Assembly: GCA_028716665.1 (NCBI GenBank)
Contig: JAQUPP010000001.1
Span: 349,046 to 413,045 of the forward strand
DNA from: Patescibacteria group bacterium
Lineage (GTDB): Bacteria > Patescibacteriota > Patescibacteriia > UBA2591 > JAQUPP01
Direction of reading: 5' to 3'
Length of the DNA: 64,000 nucleotides
Below, piece after piece: positions 57,335 to 64,000 of the stretch. Under the pieces are notes generated by a model. That model was not told the DNA's origin. It was given only the letters and a program-made list of their open reading frames with translations, and did not search any database. Made by a program: the position numbers and the translations under genes. Position 1 is the first letter of the stretch. Each line of letters opens with the position of its first letter.

Positions 57335-60055
57335 ATGTCACTTTTTAAAAAAATTTTTGGCGACCCCAATAAAAAAGAAGTTCAAAAACTTCTGCCAATC
57401 GTGGAAAAAATAAATTCTTTGGAATCGGAATTCGAAAAATTAACAGACAATGGTTTGATTGAAAAAACAAATGAATTAAAAGATGAATTGAAAAATGGAA
57501 AATCAAAGGATCAAATTTTGCCAAGAGCTTTTGCTTTGACAAGAGAAGCGGCCAAGAGGACATTGAAACAAAGGCATTTTGATGTTCAATTAATGGCCGG
57601 TATTATTCTTCATAAAGGACAAATCGCTGAATTAAAAACCGGTGAAGGAAAAACTTTAGCCGCCACCTTAGCGGCTTATTTGAATGCTCTGGACGGGAAG
57701 GGGGTGCACATTATTACGGTTAATGATTATTTGGCTCGCCGAGACACCGTTTGGATGGGTCAAATTTATTATGCCTTGGGATTGAGTGTCAGCTGCATTG
57801 TTCACGATGCGGCTTTTATTTATGATCCGAATTATCAGCCGCCAGTTGAGGAAAATTCCGAGCCGAATAAAAATGAAGAAAATAAAGAAGTGGAAGCTTT
57901 TAAAATTATTAAAAGCTATTTGAGACCGGTCAAAAGAAAAGAAGCGTATCAGGCGGATATTACTTATGGCACGAATAATGAATTCGGTTTTGATTATTTG
58001 AGAGATAATTTGGTTTACAGTTTGGATGACATGGCTCAGCGAGAATTTAATTACGCCATTGTTGATGAAGTGGATAGTATTTTAATTGATGAGGCTAGAA
58101 CACCTTTGATTATTTCTTCGCCGGCTGAAGAATCGGCGGACTTGTATTTTAAATTGGCGCGCTTGGCTAAAAATTTTAAAAAAGAAGAAGATTATATTGT
58201 TGACGAAAAAATGCAAACTGTCATTTTAACCGAAGGCGGACAAAATAAATTAATAGCTTGGCTGGGCGAAGATCCGTGGGCGAACAGTAATTTCACTTTA
58301 GTTCATCACATTGAATCCGCATTAAAAGCTGAAAGTCTTTTTACTTTGGATCGCAATTATGTTGTTAAAGACGGAGAAATAGTAATTGTTGATGAATTTA
58401 CCGGAAGATTGATGTTCGGCCGCCGTTATTCCGAAGGATTGCATCAAGCCATTGAAGCCAAAGAAAATGTGGCGGTTCAACAGGAATCAAACACTTTGGC
58501 CACGGTCAGTTTTCAAAATTATTTTCGTCTTTATAAAAAATTAGCCGGTATGACCGGTACGGCCCTGAGCGAAGCGGAAGAATTTGATAAAATTTATCAT
58601 TTGGAAGTAGTGGCTATTCCCACCAACAAACCCGTGACCAGAGAAGATTTCTCGGATAAAATTTATCGCACTGAACAGGGAAAATATAATGCTTTGGCTG
58701 AAGAAATTAAAAAATGTTATGAAAAAGGCCAACCGGTTTTGGTCGGTACGATTTCAGTGGATAAAAATGAATTAGTTTCCCAATTATTGGAACGCAAGGG
58801 AATTCCTCACGAAGTTTTAAACGCCAAGAATCATGAGAGAGAAGGGCAAATTATCGCTCAAGCCGGCAGAATGAAAGCAATAACCGTAGCCACCAATATG
58901 GCCGGTCGGGGAGTAGATATTATTTTAGGCGGCAATCCGCCGAATCCAGAAGAACAAAAAAAAGTTATTGAAGCCGGAGGTTTGCGCGTGATCGGCACAG
59001 AACGGCACGAATCTCGCCGCATTGACAATCAGTTAAGAGGAAGAAGCGGACGTCAAGGCGATCCGGGTTCAACGGAATTTTTTATTTCCCTGGAAGATGA
59101 TTTAATGAGAATTTTTGGCGGTAATCGCATTTCAGGTTTAATGCAAACTTTAAAAATTCCGGAAGATTTTCCAATTGAAAACAGAATGGTTTCTCGAGCC
59201 ATTGAATCAGCGCAAAGAAAAGTTGAAGAATTTAATTTTGACATGAGAAAACATTTACTTGATTATGATGATGTTTTAAACAAGCATCGCGAAACGATTT
59301 ATGGCCGAAGAAAAAAGATTTTGGCCATGGACAAAGAAGGTTTAAAAGCGAAAATTTTAAATGTTATTGAAGAAGAAATTAAAAAAATAGTCGCTTTTCA
59401 TACGGCCGGCGACGCAGAAAATCAATGGGATGTTAAGGGTATTGCCAATTTAATTAAAAATATTTTTCCGGTTCAGGAAAATTTGGAAGAAGCTTTAAAT
59501 GATATTTATAATCAAGCCGGTGATCGTTCACAAGATATTTACACTCGCGACAGATTGATAAAATATTTGGAAGAATTAGCTCGTGAAGCTTATAATAAAT
59601 TGGAAGCGACAGTTGAAGCGTCGGGCAAATCATTATCAATTCCGGAACCGAATTTATTTGAAAAAATTGAAAAATCAATCTTACTTCAAAGTATTGATCG
59701 TTATTGGATTTATCATTTGGAAATTATCAATAATCTTAAAGACGGCATCGGATTAAGGGCTTATGGCCAGCACGATCCTTTAGTGGAATACAAAAAAGAA
59801 TCTTTCCAAAAATTTAATCAGCTTCTTGATGCGATTGACAAACAAGTGGTTTATTCCATTTATAAAGTCGGCTTGGTGGAAAGAGCGCCAATACAGCAAT
59901 CCAAACAGATGAAATTAAGCGGGGCGGAAAAATCAACAAATAATGCAGAGCCGATAGATAGTAAGCAAAAAGTCGGGCGCAATGATCCGTGTCCTTGTGG
60001 AGCAAAAAAACCAGATGGAACTCCGATAAAATATAAACATTGTCACGGGAAATAA
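57335..60055 (+). CDS. secA: Preprotein translocase ATPase SecA, including the C-terminal zinc-binding tail.
   Basis: LKTGEGKTL (Walker A), TGRLMFGRRYSEGLHQAIEAKE, and the C-terminal CPCGAKKPDGTPIKYKHCHG. Confidence 0.95.
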   Translation: MSLFKKIFGDPNKKEVQKLLPIVEKINSLESEFEKLTDNGLIEKTNELKDELKNGKSKDQILPRAFALTREAAKRTLKQRHFDVQLMAGIILHKGQIAELKTGEGKTLAATLAAYLNALDGKGVHIITVNDYLARRDTVWMGQIYYALGLSVSCIVHDAAFIYDPNYQPPVEENSEPNKNEENKEVEAFKIIKSYLRPVKRKEAYQADITYGTNNEFGFDYLRDNLVYSLDDMAQREFNYAIVDEVDSILIDEARTPLIISSPAEESADLYFKLARLAKNFKKEEDYIVDEKMQTVILTEGGQNKLIAWLGEDPWANSNFTLVHHIESALKAESLFTLDRNYVVKDGEIVIVDEFTGRLMFGRRYSEGLHQAIEAKENVAVQQESNTLATVSFQNYFRLYKKLAGMTGTALSEAEEFDKIYHLEVVAIPTNKPVTREDFSDKIYRTEQGKYNALAEEIKKCYEKGQPVLVGTISVDKNELVSQLLERKGIPHEVLNAKNHEREGQIIAQAGRMKAITVATNMAGRGVDIILGGNPPNPEEQKKVIEAGGLRVIGTERHESRRIDNQLRGRSGRQGDPGSTEFFISLEDDLMRIFGGNRISGLMQTLKIPEDFPIENRMVSRAIESAQRKVEEFNFDMRKHLLDYDDVLNKHRETIYGRRKKILAMDKEGLKAKILNVIEEEIKKIVAFHTAGDAENQWDVKGIANLIKNIFPVQENLEEALNDIYNQAGDRSQDIYTRDRLIKYLEELAREAYNKLEATVEASGKSLSIPEPNLFEKIEKSILLQSIDRYWIYHLEIINNLKDGIGLRAYGQHDPLVEYKKESFQKFNQLLDAIDKQVVYSIYKVGLVERAPIQQSKQMKLSGAEKSTNNAEPIDSKQKVGRNDPCPCGAKKPDGTPIKYKHCHGK

Positions 60056-60073
60056 AAAACAAGCAAAGCGCAG

Positions 60074-60107
60074 CCCCGTACTGAACCAGCAGGTTCAAGT
60101 ACCGGGG
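60074..60107 (+). terminator. GC-rich 14-bp hairpin with two single-nucleotide bulges immediately after secA. Probably a terminator or RNA-stability structure; there is no clear U-tract.
   Basis: CCCCGTACTGAACC (60074-60087), loop AGCA, GGTTCAAGTACCGGGG (60092-60107). It is conspicuously GC-rich for this window. Confidence 0.4.
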
Positions 60108-60133
60108 TATAAGAAATGTTGTGGGAAATAAAT

Positions 60134-60436
60134 ATGAAATATAATAAATTAGTCAGAGATAAAATTCCGGAATATATAAAAAGCAAAAACGGTGTGCCGA
60201 TTATCCATATTGCTGGCAATAAAGAGTATTGGCAAAAATTGAAAGAAAAATTACAGGAGGAGATAAAAGAATTTTCTGAGAGCGAAACCATTGAAGAAAT
60301 GGCGGATATTTTGGAGGTAATCAACGCGATTTGCGATTTTAAGAAATTTGACAAGAAAAAACTTGAAGCAGTGAGAAAGAAAAAAGTAAAAGAAAGAGGG
60401 GCGTTTAAAAAGAAAATTATTTTAGAAGAATCATAG
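60134..60436 (+). CDS. MazG-like / PRA-PH-like all-alpha nucleoside-triphosphate pyrophosphohydrolase family protein. The start is reassigned to [12 protein letters not shown].
   Basis: [11 protein letters not shown] at the N-terminus and an EE..ADILEV acidic metal-binding helix. These are typical of the roughly 100-aa MazG-like house-cleaning NTPases. Confidence 0.6.
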   Translation: MKYNKLVRDKIPEYIKSKNGVPIIHIAGNKEYWQKLKEKLQEEIKEFSESETIEEMADILEVINAICDFKKFDKKKLEAVRKKKVKERGAFKKKIILEES

Positions 60437-60454
60437 TATATAATAATAAAATTT

Positions 60455-60901
60455 ATGGAACAACAAGTTAAGAAAAAAGTGGGAGTGGGATTTGGAGTAA
60501 TGTTAATAAAAGAAGGAAAAATTCTTTTGGGAAAAAGACACGTTGATCCTGAAAAGGCTGACTCAGAATTACACGGAGAGGGAACATGGACAATGCCCGG
60601 AGGCAAACTTGAATATGGTGAATCATTTGAAGATGGAGCAAGACGTGAGGTTTTGGAAGAAACAGGAATTCAATTGAATGAAATGAAGGTTATCTGTATT
60701 AATAACGACAAAAATGAACATGCCCATTTTATTACTATTGGATTATTTTCTGATAATTTCAGCGGAGAACCGAAAGTTATGGAACCGGATGAAATTGTTG
60801 AATGGAAATGGTTTGATGTCAATAATCTGCCTGCGCCGATGTATTTTCCAAGTAAGAAAGTTTTAGAAAACTACAAGAAAAATTTATTCTATATCCCATA
60901 A
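60455..60901 (+). CDS. NUDIX hydrolase with a canonical Nudix box.
   Basis: GGKLEYGESFEDGARREVLEETGI matches GX5EX7REUXEEXGU exactly. Confidence 0.85.
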   Translation: MEQQVKKKVGVGFGVMLIKEGKILLGKRHVDPEKADSELHGEGTWTMPGGKLEYGESFEDGARREVLEETGIQLNEMKVICINNDKNEHAHFITIGLFSDNFSGEPKVMEPDEIVEWKWFDVNNLPAPMYFPSKKVLENYKKNLFYIP

Positions 60902-60926
60902 AATTTTTATTGATTTTAAAAATAAA

Positions 60927-61433
60927 ATGAAAAAAATTAATAAAGTTTTGGAAATAATTTCGGAAAAATTAAAAAGCGTTGATTACGCTTTTATTGGTTC
61001 GGTGAATTTATATATCCAAGGTTTGAAAATTAAACCAAGAGATATTGATATTTTAACCACCCCGGAAATAATAAAAGAAATAGATGAAATTTTAAAAGAA
61101 TATCTGACGAAAGAAATTTATTTTGATGAAAGCGAAGGGAGAAATTCGTTCAGAAGTTTCTATGAAATTGATGGCATGGAAATTGAGGTTTTGGGAAATG
61201 TAAATAATATTTCCAGAAAACCGGATAGTTTGAAAGATAAAATTTATATAGAGTTTGATAAAATTAAACTTCCCTGCATGCCCTTAAATAATGAATTGGA
61301 TATGTATGAAAAAATCGACCGCAAAGAAAAAGTTGAAATGATTAAAAAATTTTATGAAAAAGAAAAAGTCGCAGATCTATTGACTCATCAAAAGGATAAA
61401 GAATTTTTTTTACAAATTAAAAACAAAATATGA
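60927..61433 (+). CDS. Pol-beta-superfamily (minimal) nucleotidyltransferase-fold protein.
   Basis: GSVNLYIQGLKIKPRDIDIL fits the GS-X9-13-DxD nucleotidyltransferase motif, and a downstream acidic residue (EIEVLG) is present. The C-terminal 80 aa are unassigned and contain no HEPN R-X4-6-H motif. Confidence 0.5.
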   Translation: MKKINKVLEIISEKLKSVDYAFIGSVNLYIQGLKIKPRDIDILTTPEIIKEIDEILKEYLTKEIYFDESEGRNSFRSFYEIDGMEIEVLGNVNNISRKPDSLKDKIYIEFDKIKLPCMPLNNELDMYEKIDRKEKVEMIKKFYEKEKVADLLTHQKDKEFFLQIKNKI

Positions 61434-61651
61434 AAAATAATATGCTTAAATTAGGAAAATATAGACATTACAAAGAGAAAGAATATGAAGTAATTGGTAT
61501 CGCCAAACACAGTGAAACACTTGAAGAATTAGTGGTGTATAAAAAACTTTATGGAGACCATGATTTATGGGTGCGACCATTAAAAATGTTTATTGAAAAT
61601 GTTGAAGTTAATGGAAAGAAAATGCCGAGGTTTAAATATATTGGAAAATGA
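61430..61651 (+). CDS. DUF1653-like small protein.
   Basis: GKYRHYKEKEYEVIGIAKHSETLEELVVYKKLY...WVRP resembles the DUF1653 consensus as I recall it. It overlaps the upstream gene's stop by 4 nt. Confidence 0.45.
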   Translation: MKNNMLKLGKYRHYKEKEYEVIGIAKHSETLEELVVYKKLYGDHDLWVRPLKMFIENVEVNGKKMPRFKYIGK

Positions 61652-61654
61652 GTT

Positions 61655-62128
61655 ATGAAATATAAAATAATAGAATTTAAACCAAAACCGGGCCAGATTG
61701 ACTATACAAAAGCGCGTTGGGCACCGGTGATTAATTGCGTGATTAAATATAAAGATAAGTTTCTCTTGGTTCAGCGAAGCGAGAAATTGAATTTTTATCC
61801 CGGATATTGGAATGGAATTTCCGGATTTCTGGATGACCACAAAACCTTGGCGGAAAAAGTAGAAGAAGAATTAAGGGAAGAATTAGGCATTAACAAAAAA
61901 GATATTTTACAAATTCGGCTCGGAGAAATTTTTGATCAAGACGAATTAAAATATAAAAAAACTTGGATTGTTCATCCGGTATTGGTAAAAGTTAAAACAA
62001 ATAAAATAAAACTTGATTGGGAGGCGAGAAATTATAGATGGGTTGACTTACAAGAAGCGAATAAGTTAAAATTATTGCCGGGTTTTGGCAAAGTTTTGGA
62101 AAAGCTGTTATCCTGGTTAGAAAAATAA
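61655..62128 (+). CDS. NUDIX-fold protein with a degenerate Nudix box.
   Basis: SGFLDDHKTLAEKVEEELREELGI. The EE..GI end of the box is present, but the REUXEE arginine is displaced and the first Glu is replaced by Lys. Confidence 0.55.
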   Translation: MKYKIIEFKPKPGQIDYTKARWAPVINCVIKYKDKFLLVQRSEKLNFYPGYWNGISGFLDDHKTLAEKVEEELREELGINKKDILQIRLGEIFDQDELKYKKTWIVHPVLVKVKTNKIKLDWEARNYRWVDLQEANKLKLLPGFGKVLEKLLSWLEK

Positions 62129-62151
62129 AAGTATTTTAACTGCGAATAATA

Positions 62152-62179
62152 AAATCAGCCCTTTTCAAGGGCTGATTTA
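62152..62179. terminator. Bidirectional rho-independent terminator between the convergent Nudix gene and the small Cys-rich ORF. Perfect 12-bp stem AAATCAGCCCTT/AAGGGCTGATTT, loop TTCA.
   Basis: Perfect inverted repeat 62152-62163 / 62168-62179, with T-runs on the minus strand (reverse complement of AATAATAAAA). Confidence 0.7.
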
Positions 62180-62200
62180 AGAAAAAACTTTTAGGACGAT

Positions 62201-62419
62201 TTATCCTTCAAAATGAGGGCAACGAGTTATGATTAGGGCAACATTTTCTTTTTTACAAATTTCATAAAGCATTTGTGCAATAGGGCAATTATTTTTTTCT
62301 CCTGGGTTAGATTTACAGCAATTGAAACAAAGACATTCTTTATTCCGCAAAGATTCGGTTGTCGGGTTAACCCAAACTTCTGTGTTATAGTGAACTTCTT
62401 TTTTGGGTTGTTCTTTCAT
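62201..62419 (-). CDS. Small Cys-rich protein (72 aa, 8 Cys) of unknown function.
   Basis: Strong Shine-Dalgarno AAGGAGGTGAAA 5 nt upstream of the ATG (reverse complement of 62420-62436). The cysteine pattern is CLCFNCC...C...C...C...RCPHFEG. It is followed by the bidirectional terminator. Confidence 0.55.
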   Translation of the reverse strand: MKEQPKKEVHYNTEVWVNPTTESLRNKECLCFNCCKSNPGEKNNCPIAQMLYEICKKENVALIITRCPHFEG

Positions 62420-62542
62420 TTTTCACCTCCTTTTTATTTAGAAAAGATCTGATTTTAGAATATCATAATTTTGTGAAAGCGTCAAGCTAATGAATAAAAT
62501 TTAGGAGGGTTTGATCAGTAGGTTAATCCTGGGTATAAATAG

Positions 62543-62570
62543 TTGACTATTTTTTTGTTAATGTTAGAAT
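62543..62570 (+). promoter_or_regulatory. Promoter TTGACT-N16-TAGAAT upstream of secD.
   Basis: -35 TTGACT at 62543-62548, -10 TAGAAT at 62565-62570, about 44 nt upstream of the secD ATG. Confidence 0.5.
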
Positions 62571-62613
62571 AATCATATATTTATTTAAATTAAATTGTTA
62601 GAAAAAAGACATT

Positions 62614-64000
62614 ATGACTCGTAATAAACTTTGGACAATTTTTTTAAGCATCGTTGTTTTAACCGTTTTGTCTCTTTTAGTTGATATTCCGCGTCTTCCA
62701 TCTTGGGTTCCGGGACATCAATGGTTCACCAAGCAAAAAGTTCACTTGGGACTTGATTTGCAAGGCGGCACGCAATTAATTTATCAAGCCAATACTTCGC
62801 AAATTCCCGATGATCAAAAAGTTTCAGCGGTTGAAGGAGCGCGCGACGTAATTGAGCGACGGGTAAATGTTTTTGGCGTTGCCGAACCTTTAATCCAAAC
62901 TGCTAAAGTGGGAGAAGATTGGCGCGTGATCGTAGAATTGCCGGGTATTAAAAATGTCAGTGATGCCATTAAAATGATTGGCGAAACGCCGACCTTGGAA
63001 TTTAAAGAACAAGCTCCGCAAACAGGTGCAAGTGATCCGGCGGCAATTGCGCAATATAATCAAATGGCCAAACAAAAAGCGGAATCAATTTTACAGCAAG
63101 CGCTTCAGCCTAATGCTGATTTTAGTAAATTAGCCAAACAATATTCTGAAGATCCGGGTTCAAAAGATAAAGGCGGAGATTTAGGTTGGTTTGCCAAGGG
63201 GATGATGGTTCCTGAATTTGAAACAGCGGTTTTTGATCAATTGAAAAAAGGAGAAACGACAAAAACATTGGTCCAGACATCTTTTGGTTATCATATTATT
63301 AAAAAAGTTGATGAACGAACAAATGATAAGGGCGAAATGGAAGTAACAGCCAGCCATATTTTAATTTTAACTCAAGCTCAGACGGCTCCGCAAAATACTG
63401 ATTGGCAATATACCGGTTTAACCGGCAAACAATTGAAAAGTGCAACAATGACTTTTGATCCCAATTCCAATGAACCGGAAGTTTCTTTGGAATTTAATGA
63501 AGAAGGAACAAAACTTTTCGGAGAAATTACCACCAGAAATGTTTCCAAACCTGTGGCGATATTTTTAGATGGCGTTCCTTTAAGTATCCCGACAGTTAAC
63601 GAACCGATTACCAGTGGCAAGGCTGTGATTACCGGAAAATTTGATATGAAAGAGGCCAAAGAGTTGGCGACAAGACTTTCTGCCGGTGCTTTACCAGTAC
63701 CAATAACATTAATCAGTCAGCAAAATATTGGACCGAGTTTAGGTAAACTTTCAGTGCAAAACAGTTTACTTGCCGGATTATTGGGTCTTTTGATGGTTAT
63801 GTTATTTATGACTATTTTTTATCGCGGACGGGGATTATTAGCTAGTATTATTTTAATTATTTACGCTTTAATCAACTTGGCTTTATTCAAATTAATCCCG
63901 GTTACTTTAACCTTAGCCGGTGTAGCTGGTTTTATTTTATCTATTGGCATGGCGGTTGACGCTCAAGTTTTAATTTTTGAACGCATTAAGGACGAGGAAA
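62614..64000 (+). CDS. secD: Protein translocase subunit SecD (3'-truncated by the window end) carrying an inserted parvulin (PpiC-type) peptidyl-prolyl isomerase domain in the first periplasmic domain.
   Basis: My own translation from the ATG at 62614 (frame 1) is open to nt 64000. It gives [20 protein letters not shown]...[15 protein letters not shown]...[29 protein letters not shown] (SecD), then [47 protein letters not shown]...FGYHIIKK (parvulin), then the SecD P1 region and a TM helix ([38 protein letters not shown]). This ORF is not in the supplied ORF track because it has no stop inside the window. Confidence 0.85.
   Translation, partial: MTRNKLWTIFLSIVVLTVLSLLVDIPRLPSWVPGHQWFTKQKVHLGLDLQGGTQLIYQANTSQIPDDQKVSAVEGARDVIERRVNVFGVAEPLIQTAKVGEDWRVIVELPGIKNVSDAIKMIGETPTLEFKEQAPQTGASDPAAIAQYNQMAKQKAESILQQALQPNADFSKLAKQYSEDPGSKDKGGDLGWFAKGMMVPEFETAVFDQLKKGETTKTLVQTSFGYHIIKKVDERTNDKGEMEVTASHILILTQAQTAPQNTDWQYTGLTGKQLKSATMTFDPNSNEPEVSLEFNEEGTKLFGEITTRNVSKPVAIFLDGVPLSIPTVNEPITSGKAVITGKFDMKEAKELATRLSAGALPVPITLISQQNIGPSLGKLSVQNSLLAGLLGLLMVMLFMTIFYRGRGLLASIILIIYALINLALFKLIPVTLTLAGVAGFILSIGMAVDAQVLIFERIKDEE

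Noticed and set aside
60056-60115. Possible tRNA or tRNA fragment: GGTTCAAGT resembles a T-loop, next to a GC-rich stem after secA.
   Set aside because: The spacer is only 60 nt. The flanking bases do not form a 5-bp T-stem around TTCAAGT (G53 would face A61), and there is no acceptor, D or anticodon arm. I interpret it as a simple bulged hairpin.
60927-61433. The nucleotidyltransferase was considered as the MNT half of an MNT-HEPN toxin-antitoxin pair.
   Set aside because: There is no R-X4-6-H HEPN motif in its C-terminal 80 aa or in either flanking small ORF, so a toxin-antitoxin call is unsupported. It is kept only as a nucleotidyltransferase-fold protein.
62440-62520. Candidate promoter for the small Cys-rich ORF (TTGACG ... 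TATTCT / TATGAT on the minus strand).
   Set aside because: The spacing is either 12 or 17 nt to poor -10 hexamers. It is too ambiguous to report as a feature.

Overview
By eye the window is AT-rich, gene-dense and uses TGA as a stop codon. The gene content (ftsK, recA, pgk, eno, two gpmI, hpf, secA, secD, few Shine-Dalgarno sequences, several near-leaderless starts, giant surface proteins) is compatible with a Patescibacteria/CPR-like bacterium; that assignment is inference. Layout: (1) A 5'-truncated giant surface protein of more than 1,867 aa (1-5688). It has a lipase-type GHSQG motif at the window edge, four lamin-tail domains, Ig/FN3-like modules and two DUF2341/ConA-like modules. A GT39/ArnT-like membrane glycosyltransferase follows it. 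(2) Housekeeping genes ftsK, a four-helix-bundle (23S-IVS-type) gene flanked by inverted repeats, a rodZ-like gene, gmd and recA. (3) A glycan locus of about 38 kb (12.9-50.9 kb), almost entirely one gap-free minus-strand array. It encodes Wzz, a WbpM/PglF-like dehydratase, three DegT aminotransferases, a TPP-dependent E1 alpha/beta pair, an AspAT-like aminotransferase, a WecA/MraY-type initiating transferase, a GNAT, an AsnB-type amidotransferase, five GT-B glycosyltransferases, a FemAB-like acyltransferase, a CE4-like deacetylase, a SAM methyltransferase, a complete WbpA/B/D/E/I-like set for UDP-2,3-diacetamido-mannuronic acid, two Wzx flippases, two Wzy/O-antigen-ligase-like proteins, and a 1,394-aa fusion of a heparinase II/III-like domain with a D-glucuronyl C5-epimerase-like domain. 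(4) A glycolytic and secretion block: pgk, eno, tandem gpmI paralogs, hpf, secA. (5) A small islet of nucleotide house-cleaning genes (MazG-like, two Nudix, a nucleotidyltransferase, DUF1653), a convergent small Cys-rich ORF, and the 5' part of secD carrying an inserted parvulin-type PPIase domain. I found no rRNA, tRNA or CRISPR. The most unusual items are the lyase/C5-epimerase fusion sitting inside a uronic-acid glycan locus, the IVS-like cassette outside any rRNA, the E1 alpha/beta pair in a sugar pathway, and the SecD-parvulin fusion.
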